DNA of 33,521 nucleotides from an uncultured Rhodospirillales bacterium (GTDB lineage Bacteria; Pseudomonadota; Alphaproteobacteria; Acetobacterales; Acetobacteraceae): NCBI GenBank assembly GCA_903904805.1, contig CAIVDX010000740.1, positions 1 to 33,521 of the forward strand, read 5' to 3'. Shown piece by piece: positions 14,781 to 22,585 of this stretch (position 1 is its first letter; each line of letters starts with the position of its first letter). The notes under the pieces were generated by a model. It saw only the letters and a program-made list of their open reading frames with translations, ran no database searches and was not told where the DNA came from. The position numbers and the translations under genes were made by a program.

Positions 14781-16285
14781 CAGAGATCCACTCCCGAATA
14801 GCTGCCATTGAGGCTTTTGTTGATCAGCGGAAAATCCGCAACGATGTTGCCAATCACGGCAGATTCCAAAAGTGGCCAGTGTCGCCAGCTGGGATCGGCC
14901 AGGAAGGAGGCGCTGATCAGCCCGCTTTCCAGCCGGAGCCAGGCCCAGCAATCGCCGCGGAACGATTCCGCCCAGCCAAGCCCCTCACCGGAGGCGGGCG
15001 GCAGTGGCACGGAGGTTGGTCCTTCAGGCATTCCCGACACGATGCTCCGCAGCAACTGGATGGATTGGCTGATCTCGGCGAGACGAATGCGCGCGCGGGC
15101 ATCGACATCGCCGGCCTCGCGGGTCGTCGCGGCCACCGGATATGCGTCATAGGGGGGATAGCCAGGCACCCGTCGGCTGTCACCGCCACGCCCGCTCGCC
15201 TTGCCGACAGGCCCGCCGGCAGCATAGGAGTTCACGATCGCGGCGGTGATTTTCCCGGTCCCGCACAGCCTGTCCACCAACGACGACGCATCGTCAAAAA
15301 TGCGGGTGATCTCTGGCAGTTCCGCCTCAAGCGCACGCACCGCCGCGAGGATGGTGGTCGCACCGCCGGGCGCGATATCGGCGGCCACCCCGCCGGGGAT
15401 CACGCAATCCATCATCAGCCGATGGCCAAACGCGTTGTGCGCGGCCCGCATGATCTGTTCACGATGGAAATGCAAACGCGCGGCAAGCGCGGCGAAAGCG
15501 ACATCATTGCAGATGGCGCCGACATCGTTGCAATGGTTGGCGATCCTCTCCAGCTCACCCATGACAGCGCGCAGCATCACCGCCCGAGCTGGCGCGGGCG
15601 TGGCGCAGGCCGCTTCAGCGGCGCGGGCGAAGGCGATGGAGTGCGCGACGGTGGCATCGCCTGAGAGTCGCGCCGGGAAGCGGGCAGCGGTCCGTGGCGA
15701 CTTGCCGCGCAGCAGCGAAAGAATGCCCTTGTGGGTGTAGCCAAGCAACGTCTCAAGCCGGACTACCGTTTCGCCGGCACAATGGAAGCGAAAATGGCCG
15801 GCTTCGATGATGCCCGCATGAATCGGCCCAACCGCGAGTTGGTGCAGATCATCACCCTCCACCGGCAGAAATTCCAGCGGCTGCGGTGGGATGCTCACCG
15901 CGGGCGGCCGCGCGGACAGGGGGCGGCTGATCTCCCATACACCATGATCCAGCCAGGGACGTTGGTCGATTGCGTCCTCCGCGCCATGCCCCCAGAGATC
16001 GCGAATGGCGCGCTCGAACCAGCATGCCACAGGGCGCGCATGCGACAGGCTGGGATAGCACCCGGATTGAACCGGCACCGAGGCGATCAGGCCAGCCGGC
16101 ACCGCGTGTTCGAGGAACAGCGCGTGCACCTCGTGCGCGTCGGCCCACATGGCGATCAGGTCGAGGCCGGCCGTTGCCGGCAAAGCAGCCGCCATGGTGC
16201 GCCATTGCTCTTGCGACAGCAGATGGCGCGGCCAGGGATGGGCCGGAATTGCCGGTGCGCTGCGGATCAGCGATGCCGCGATCAT
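14780..16285 (-). CDS. Fused NuoC-NuoD / HycE-HyfG-like large-subunit homologue lacking all four NiFe cysteine ligands
   Basis: 501 aa from ATG 16285 (ATGA overlap with the upstream gene). Conserved blocks GPIHAGIIEAGHFRF, LGYTHKG and ERIANH. Motif 1 is RLSGDATVAH and the C-terminus is SLNGSYSGVDL-stop, in place of RxCGxCxxxH and DPCxxCxxR. Confidence 0.85.
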   Translation of the reverse strand: MIAASLIRSAPAIPAHPWPRHLLSQEQWRTMAAALPATAGLDLIAMWADAHEVHALFLEHAVPAGLIASVPVQSGCYPSLSHARPVACWFERAIRDLWGHGAEDAIDQRPWLDHGVWEISRPLSARPPAVSIPPQPLEFLPVEGDDLHQLAVGPIHAGIIEAGHFRFHCAGETVVRLETLLGYTHKGILSLLRGKSPRTAARFPARLSGDATVAHSIAFARAAEAACATPAPARAVMLRAVMGELERIANHCNDVGAICNDVAFAALAARLHFHREQIMRAAHNAFGHRLMMDCVIPGGVAADIAPGGATTILAAVRALEAELPEITRIFDDASSLVDRLCGTGKITAAIVNSYAAGGPVGKASGRGGDSRRVPGYPPYDAYPVAATTREAGDVDARARIRLAEISQSIQLLRSIVSGMPEGPTSVPLPPASGEGLGWAESFRGDCWAWLRLESGLISASFLADPSWRHWPLLESAVIGNIVADFPLINKSLNGSYSGVDL

Positions 16286-17739
16286 GGCCCGGCCGCCTGT
16301 TGCAACAAGTTCACCAGAGCAGGCGGCATTGCCAGACCAAGACCCACGACAATCGCCAGATTCAGCCAGGCGCTGGCCAATGCCGCGCCACCCACGCTTG
16401 GGGACTTGCCCGTGCCCTTCGGCAGTCCGACGCACAGATCGAGCAGTCGCGCGAGCAGCGCCCAGGTGCCAACGATCAGCCCGAGCCCCAGCAGCGGACT
16501 CAGCCAGACCATGCGCCGCGCAAGCTCGCTCGCAATCAGAAACTCGCTGCTGAACATGGCAAACGGCGGCAACCCGGCCACCGCGATGGTGCCCGCCGCG
16601 AGGGTGAATGCGAGCAGGCGTTGGTCTCGCAGCAAGCCGGACAAATGCGGGAAATCCTGTCCGCCGCGCAGCTGTGCCGCGCGCCCGACGCATTGAAAGA
16701 TCGATGCCTTCGTCAGCGTGTGCGCGATCATGTGCAGCAGGCCCGCGAAGTTGGCCGCGGGGCCACCCAGACCGAAGGCGAGGGCGACAAGTCCGTTCTG
16801 TTCGATCGTGGAAAATGCGAAAAACCGTTTCACATCACGCCGAGGCCACAGGCAGAAAGCCGAGACCAGCACCGATGCCAGGCCGAGGATGATCATCGCC
16901 GGACCAGGCGCGATCGCCGCCCCACCGGCCGCGGCATTCGCGCCGATCACGCCGCGGAGCCGCAGCAGCACCACCAGCGCAACGTTCAATACCGAGCCGG
17001 AGAGGATCGCCGAGACCGGCGTGGGCCCCTCGGCATGAGCATCAGGCATCCAGCCATGCAGCGGCACCAGCCCCGCCTTCGTGCCATAGCCAATCAGAAG
17101 GAATACGAAGGCAAGATTCAAAAGTCCGCCGTTGCAGGCCGGTGCCGCGGCGGCCAGGCCGCGCCAGCTCATTGCCGGCCACCCCGGCCCCAGAATCGGT
17201 GAGGCGGCGAGATAGAGCATGATGGTGCCGAACAATGCCAACGCGACTGCGACACCGCAGAGAATGAAGAATTTCCAGCTGGCCTCGATGGCGTCTTCGG
17301 TGCCGGGCAATACGACCACCAGCACACCGATGATCGTCGCGGCCTCAAGGCACACCCAAGTGAGGCCGATATTGTCAGACAGCAGCGCTGTGAGCAGAAA
17401 GCCCAGCAGGGCCGGGAAGGCACCGTGATACAGCCGGATCGCACGCGGCCCGAGGCGCTCGGCCTCGGCTTCGTGTCGGATGTAGAAGCGGCTGAACCAG
17501 GCCGTGGTCAATCCGGTAAAGCTGGTGAGCAGCACAAGCACGATGCCCAGCGCATCCGGCCGCAACCAGGCATCGTCATCGATTGGTCCGGGAGCGATGG
17601 CGAGGCGAATGGCGGCCAGCAGGATGATCGCGCACACGCCGATATTGGCGGTGGCCGCCGCCCGCCAGCCCGGCAGCGCCGCCAGGATCGGTGCTGCGAT
17701 CAGGCCCGGCAGAACCACAAGAAGCGAGGAGGCGATCAC
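16282..17739 (-). CDS. NuoN/NuoM / HyfF-like antiporter-type membrane subunit
   Basis: 485 aa, polytopic. Contains GYGTKAGLVPLHGWMPDAHAEGPTPVSAILSG. It has a GTG start with a GTGA overlap at 17736-17739. Confidence 0.85.
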   Translation of the reverse strand: MIASSLLVVLPGLIAAPILAALPGWRAAATANIGVCAIILLAAIRLAIAPGPIDDDAWLRPDALGIVLVLLTSFTGLTTAWFSRFYIRHEAEAERLGPRAIRLYHGAFPALLGFLLTALLSDNIGLTWVCLEAATIIGVLVVVLPGTEDAIEASWKFFILCGVAVALALFGTIMLYLAASPILGPGWPAMSWRGLAAAAPACNGGLLNLAFVFLLIGYGTKAGLVPLHGWMPDAHAEGPTPVSAILSGSVLNVALVVLLRLRGVIGANAAAGGAAIAPGPAMIILGLASVLVSAFCLWPRRDVKRFFAFSTIEQNGLVALAFGLGGPAANFAGLLHMIAHTLTKASIFQCVGRAAQLRGGQDFPHLSGLLRDQRLLAFTLAAGTIAVAGLPPFAMFSSEFLIASELARRMVWLSPLLGLGLIVGTWALLARLLDLCVGLPKGTGKSPSVGGAALASAWLNLAIVVGLGLAMPPALVNLLQQAAGP

Positions 17740-18419
17740 CGATGCGCTCCGGTGATGCGATCAAGCGCGGTGATGTCCAGGCTGGAAAAGCGCTCACGGA
17801 TGCGGAACACGAACAGGCCGAACACGATCGCCGCCACCAGCACCAAAACCGCGACGGACAGTTCGACGATCATCGGCATGCCCACCGCGCCGAGGGCGGC
17901 CAGGATCAGCCCATTTTCGATTGAAAGAAATCCGACCGCCTGGGTCAGCGCGTTGCGGCGGGTGATCATGGTGAGCAGGCCCAGCAGCACGACAGACAGC
18001 GCCATCGCCATATCCTCGCGCACCAAGGACAGCGCGCCGGTGGTGGCTGGCAACACCGCCAAAACCGCCAGTACCACCAGCAGCAGGCCGAGGATCATCG
18101 AGGGGAAAATGCCGATGGTGGTTTCGATTTCGCGATGGATCTCCAGCTTGCGGATCACCCGCCGTAGCAGGATCGGAATCGCGATCGCCTTCGCCGCGAG
18201 CGTGATGAGACCGGCGGCATAGAGATCGCGATCATTCTGCACCCAGCCCTGCCAGAAAGCTGCCGCCGCCAGCACTCCGGCCTGGATGGCGTAGAGATTC
18301 ACCACGCCGAGTATGCGGGTCTGATACAGCAGGAAAAACGACAGGATCAGCGCCGCGCCATCCAGCAGATGAGCCACGTCGTAAGAGAGTGCGCCGAATC
18401 CGAGATGAGCGTGGCTCAT
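17736..18419 (-). CDS. HyfE-like small membrane subunit
   Basis: 227 aa from ATG 18419 (ATGA overlap). It is hydrophobic, with the HyfE-like tail FLSIENGLILAALG. The track ORF to 18596 is over-extended. Confidence 0.7.
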   Translation of the reverse strand: MSHAHLGFGALSYDVAHLLDGAALILSFFLLYQTRILGVVNLYAIQAGVLAAAAFWQGWVQNDRDLYAAGLITLAAKAIAIPILLRRVIRKLEIHREIETTIGIFPSMILGLLLVVLAVLAVLPATTGALSLVREDMAMALSVVLLGLLTMITRRNALTQAVGFLSIENGLILAALGAVGMPMIVELSVAVLVLVAAIVFGLFVFRIRERFSSLDITALDRITGAHR

Positions 18420-19372
18420 GCGAACCCCGTGCTGACGAAAAGATACACCGCGGCCAGTAGGCCCAGCAGCAGCGCGGCACCGATGAATTCCGGCACACGG
18501 AACACGCGCATCTTGGCAATCGACACCTCCAGCGCGCCGAGCGCCACGCAGATGATCGCAACGCGCGCGATCCAACCGAGCAGCGCGGGCAACCACTGCA
18601 TCGGCGCATCGGCACGGGCCAGCAGAAACGGTGAGAACAAGGTGCCGAACAAGCCAGCCCAGATCAGCAGTCTCAGCGACGCGGCGAGTTGCAAAAAAGC
18701 CAAATGGGGACCGGAGAATTCCAACTCCATCGCCTCATGCACCATGGCGAGCTCCAGATGGCCGGAGGGATTGTCAACCGGCATACGGCCATTCTCGGCC
18801 AGCGCGATCAGCACCATCGCAACCAGCACGAGGCCGATCGACACCCGCAGGCCGAGCGTGCCCTCGCGCAAAACCCCTGCGATGGCATCGAGATTCGTGG
18901 TGCCGGCCAACAGCGAGAAGGTCAGCGCCACCAGCAGCATTGCCGGCTCGGCGAAGACCGCGAAGGTCATGTCGCGGCTCGAACCGATGCCGCCGAAGCC
19001 AGTGCCGGCATCCATCGCCGCCAACGCCAGGCTGGCTCGCGCGAGACCAAGCAGTCCGACGACCACCAGCAAATCCGCAGCGCTGGCACCCGCCATATGC
19101 AGCGCAAAGGAGGGCACCAGCAGCCCCGCCGCAACTGTCGCGCTGAGGATCACGAATGGTGCGGCTGTGGTCACGAATGAGGCGCTCTCGGCCACCACCG
19201 CCTGCTTGCGCATCAGCCGCGCCAGATCCCGCCATGGCTGCATCAAGGCTGGTCCGCGCCGGCCCAGCAGCCGCGCCTTGACGATGCGCACCACACCTGT
19301 CGCCAGCGGCGCGAGCGCGATGAGCAGGACGGCGTGCAGCAGCAGCGCCATGACCGACAGGATGGTGCTCAC
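18416..19372 (-). CDS. NuoH / HycD / HyfC-like membrane subunit
   Basis: 318 aa. Contains LMQPWRDLARLMRK and ENGRMPVDNPSGHLELAMVHEAMELEFSG (the NuoH/HycD-type conserved loop). It has a GTG start with a GTGA overlap at 19369-19372. Confidence 0.85.
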   Translation of the reverse strand: MSTILSVMALLLHAVLLIALAPLATGVVRIVKARLLGRRGPALMQPWRDLARLMRKQAVVAESASFVTTAAPFVILSATVAAGLLVPSFALHMAGASAADLLVVVGLLGLARASLALAAMDAGTGFGGIGSSRDMTFAVFAEPAMLLVALTFSLLAGTTNLDAIAGVLREGTLGLRVSIGLVLVAMVLIALAENGRMPVDNPSGHLELAMVHEAMELEFSGPHLAFLQLAASLRLLIWAGLFGTLFSPFLLARADAPMQWLPALLGWIARVAIICVALGALEVSIAKMRVFRVPEFIGAALLLGLLAAVYLFVSTGFA

Positions 19373-21372
19373 GGCCCTGCCACCATGCCAATGCCCTGCA
19401 ACGCGATCAGTGCGAGCAGCAGAACCAGTGTGGCCACCACCAAAGCGAGGCTGCGGCGAATCGTTTGGCGGTTGATCTGATCGATGATGTCGGAGACGCG
19501 ATGGCGTGCGGCGCCAATCGGCACGAACACGCCACGCTCCGCCGGATCGGTGGCATCCTCGTTGTAGCGCGCGGGCGAATGGCTGCCTGGCATTGCTGGC
19601 CGGACAAGTTCGCGCGCGCGGAGGATCGCGCCACCGATCGCGCGGTCGATCGGTTGCGCGAAAGAGCGCCCGCCATATTGCGTTGCAGGATCACCAAAGG
19701 GCAGCCATGGCGGTGGCGCGTTGAAGCCGCAATCCCAGGCCGGTGCGGTGCGCACGCCGGCGCCCATCATGCGCCACACAAGCACCGCCCCAGACAACCC
19801 GAGCAAGAGGAGGATCATCAACGGCAGATAGCCTGGCGCGTCGGCAAGCGGTGCCAGCCTTGTGCCGGTGGCGCCGAGTTCGGCCTCCCGCCCGATCAGC
19901 ATCGCCGGCACCGCGCCGACAAGTCGCATGGCCAAGCCTGGGAAAATGCCGAGCAGGCCGAGCCAGGCAGCAAGGCCGACCAAAGCGGCGCGCTCGGCCG
20001 CGGGCGCCTCGGTGGCGGCCGATCCGCGTGCGCTGCGGGGCCGGCCAAGAAAAGCCACGCCAACCAGCCGCACCGCGGCGGCGGCGGCGAGCGCGGCTGA
20101 TAGCGCCATGATCGTCGCGGCCACCGCGAAGATCGCCTGCAATGCCAGCCCGCCAACACGGGGCGCTGCCAGCAGGCTTTGCAGCAGCAGCCACTCGCTG
20201 GCGAAGCCGGCGCTTGGCGGCAGCGCCGCCCAGGAGGCTGCGGCAACCAGCACGCACAGCGTCACGATTTTCATCCGCGCGGCAAGGCCGCCGAGAAACT
20301 CCAGCCGCCGCGTGCCGGCCGAGGCGATTGCAGAACCCCCCGCCAGGAAAAGCAAACTCTTGAAGCCGCTATGCATCAGAACATGCAGCAGCGCCGCCCC
20401 AAGCCCCAGAACCGCAAGCGCCGACAGGTCCGACCCGCGCGCGGCCAGCGCTACTGACAGGCCGAGCGCGATCAGCCCGATATTCTCCACCGTGCTGCAG
20501 GCCAGGATGGTTTTGAGATCCGGCTCACGCGTTGCCCGCAGCGCGCCGATCAGCGCGGAGCCAGCGCCCATCAGCAACACCGGCACACACCACCAGACCG
20601 GCTGTGGCCCGCACAGATCGAACAACACGCGGATCAGCACATAGACCGCCACCTTTGTCATGCCGGCCGACATCATCGCCGACACCTCTGCCGGGGCGGC
20701 CGCATGTGCCGGCGGCAGCCACACATGCAGCGGTGCGAGACCGGCCTTCGAGCCTGCTCCAATCAGCATCAATGCCAACACGAGTCCGGCACGCAGACCC
20801 TCCGGCGGCGTCGCGCGCAGGGCGGCGAAGGGCGCGCCGACGCCTCCAAGCAGCGCGAAGGCGGGGACCAGACAGGCCGCGCCCAGCACCGCCATCCCGG
20901 CATAGAGCCGCACCGCGGCCTCTACTTCCGGCTGGTCGACATGCGCCAGCAGCAACACCCACGACGCCAGCGACATCAGTTCGAAGCCAAACAGCAGCGT
21001 CCAGCCATCGCCGGCGAGCACGGTCAGCATCATGCCGGCCAGAAACAGCGGCATACACGGGCGCCCGCGTTCATCGCCGCCGCACACCCACACGCCGGCA
21101 GCGATCGCCGGCAGACACACCGGCAGGAGGAAAAACGCCGCCAGAGGATCGAGCGCGAGCGACAATGCCGCGCCCGGCAGGCCGATCGGCAATGCGAGGC
21201 TCGCGGAGCCCGCGGCGATCCCCGCCGCGCCGAGCAACAGCCCCGCGGCGGCGGCCAGCGCGGTGCCCAGCGGCACGAAGCGGCGCCGGCCCCGGCTCAG
21301 CGCGCCGGCCCCCGCGAGGCCGAGCAGCAGGCACAGCAACAGCGCCAGACCGGACAGCACGGCCTGGCTCAC
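19369..21372 (-). CDS. NuoL / HyfB-like antiporter-type membrane subunit
   Basis: 667 aa, polytopic. Contains GAGSKAGLAPLHVWLPPAHAAAPAEVSAMMSAGMTKVAVY. It has a GTG start and is the first gene of the operon. Confidence 0.85.
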   Translation of the reverse strand: MSQAVLSGLALLLCLLLGLAGAGALSRGRRRFVPLGTALAAAAGLLLGAAGIAAGSASLALPIGLPGAALSLALDPLAAFFLLPVCLPAIAAGVWVCGGDERGRPCMPLFLAGMMLTVLAGDGWTLLFGFELMSLASWVLLLAHVDQPEVEAAVRLYAGMAVLGAACLVPAFALLGGVGAPFAALRATPPEGLRAGLVLALMLIGAGSKAGLAPLHVWLPPAHAAAPAEVSAMMSAGMTKVAVYVLIRVLFDLCGPQPVWWCVPVLLMGAGSALIGALRATREPDLKTILACSTVENIGLIALGLSVALAARGSDLSALAVLGLGAALLHVLMHSGFKSLLFLAGGSAIASAGTRRLEFLGGLAARMKIVTLCVLVAAASWAALPPSAGFASEWLLLQSLLAAPRVGGLALQAIFAVAATIMALSAALAAAAAVRLVGVAFLGRPRSARGSAATEAPAAERAALVGLAAWLGLLGIFPGLAMRLVGAVPAMLIGREAELGATGTRLAPLADAPGYLPLMILLLLGLSGAVLVWRMMGAGVRTAPAWDCGFNAPPPWLPFGDPATQYGGRSFAQPIDRAIGGAILRARELVRPAMPGSHSPARYNEDATDPAERGVFVPIGAARHRVSDIIDQINRQTIRRSLALVVATLVLLLALIALQGIGMVAGP

Positions 21373-21433
21373 ACGCAGCGACTCGGCAAGGGCGGCGCGG
21401 GCTTCATCAGCAAAACAGAATACCCTCTATCAG

Positions 21434-21485
21434 CTTTGCGCAATGCCGCAGGCCACTCACGCAAAGGTTGCAATGCGCTGCAACC
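21434..21485. promoter_or_regulatory. Cluster of inverted repeats in the divergent promoter region between the hyf-like operon and the flavoprotein gene
   Basis: CTTTGCG (21434-21440) pairs with CGCAAAG (21460-21466). GGTTGCA (21466-21472) pairs with TGCAACC (21479-21485) across a 6-nt spacer. An 8-bp palindrome TTGCGCAA sits at 21436-21443. Confidence 0.3.
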
Positions 21486-21502
21486 TCGCCATACTGATCG
21501 GC

Positions 21503-22552
21503 ATGGCTTTGCACATTGCGGTTGTGGGCGGAGGCTGGTACGGCTGCCATATCGCGGCGGAGTTGCTGGCACGCGGCCACGATGTGCGGCTGTTCGAGCA
21601 GCATGGGCGTCTGTTTCATGAAGCCTCCGGGAACAACCAGTTTCGACTCCATCTGGGCTTTCACTATCCCCGCCACGCGCCCACACGGCTGCAATCGCGT
21701 GACGGCTTCAGCCGGTTTCTTGCCGCCTACCCAACGCTCAGTCAGGAGGTTGCCGAGAATTTCTATGCCGTAGCCACCGGCGATTCGCGCCTGGATTCGG
21801 CGAGCTATCACCTGGTGATGCAGGGCTCCGGTCTCGATCTGGCTGAGGCCTGTCCGGAGGCGAGCGGGCTGCGCGGGGTTGATGCGGTCTGGCGCACCGA
21901 TGAGCGGGTGCTGCTGCTCGACCGTGCGCGGGCGCATTTCAGCGCGGGGCTCGCCGAGTATGTGCAGTTTGGCGCACGGGTGGATGCGCGGCAGGCGGGC
22001 AATCATGTGCTGGTGGGGGGGCGGCGGTTCGATCTGCTGGTCGATGCCAGCTGGGGCCATCTGACACGCCCACCGATAAGCTGCATCTTCGAGCCCACGC
22101 TTCTGCTCTATTACGCCGGGCCGGTGGGCCATCCGGCGATCACTCTCGTCGATGGTCCGCTCTGTTCGATCTATCCCACTGATCAGCCGGGCCTGTTCAC
22201 CCTCTCCTCGGTGGCGCACACGCCGCTGGGCTGTTGCGACACGGCGGCGGCGGCGCGGGCCATTCGTGACGGCACCGACGCTGCGACAATTGGGCGACAT
22301 CGGGTGCTGATGGAGGCGCAGATCAGCCGCTATCTGCCTGATTTCAGCGAACGCTTTCGCTATCTTGGCCCGCAGTTGGCGATCAAGACCAAGCCTGTTG
22401 GGCCGGATGACGATCGCGCGGCGCGGGTGTTCCGCATGGGGCGGGTGATCGCGGTGATGTCGGGCAAGGTCGACACGGTGTTTCACGCGGCGGACCGGGT
22501 GCTGGACGAGGTCGCGGCACTGACCGGGGTGCCGCAGCGCGCTCACGTTTGA
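21503..22552 (+). CDS. FAD/NAD(P)-binding oxidoreductase (DAO-like), substrate unknown
   Basis: 349 aa starting MALHIAVVGGGWYGCHIAAELLARGHDVRLFEQ (GxGxxG dinucleotide-binding fold). The track ORF from 21032 is over-extended into the intergenic region. Confidence 0.65.
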   Translation: MALHIAVVGGGWYGCHIAAELLARGHDVRLFEQHGRLFHEASGNNQFRLHLGFHYPRHAPTRLQSRDGFSRFLAAYPTLSQEVAENFYAVATGDSRLDSASYHLVMQGSGLDLAEACPEASGLRGVDAVWRTDERVLLLDRARAHFSAGLAEYVQFGARVDARQAGNHVLVGGRRFDLLVDASWGHLTRPPISCIFEPTLLLYYAGPVGHPAITLVDGPLCSIYPTDQPGLFTLSSVAHTPLGCCDTAAAARAIRDGTDAATIGRHRVLMEAQISRYLPDFSERFRYLGPQLAIKTKPVGPDDDRAARVFRMGRVIAVMSGKVDTVFHAADRVLDEVAALTGVPQRAHV

Positions 22553-22585
22553 TTCATTTCCACACGGCATATTGGCCTCTGCGAA

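Noticed and set aside
14247..21372. Annotating the operon as a bona fide hydrogenase-4 / formate hydrogenlyase (hyf/hyc).
   Set aside because: The large-subunit homologue has Ser/Ala and Ser/Gly at the four NiFe cysteine positions and no cleavable C-terminal tail. In addition, no HyfA/HyfH-type ferredoxin subunits, FDH-H, HycI or hyp genes are present in the window.
21468..21483. TTGCA-N6-TGCAA as an FNR/FixK-type anaerobox upstream of the hyf-like operon.
   Set aside because: FNR/FixK boxes are TTGAT-N4-ATCAA (5-4-5). Here the spacing is 5-6-5 and the arms differ, so I keep it only as an unassigned palindrome.
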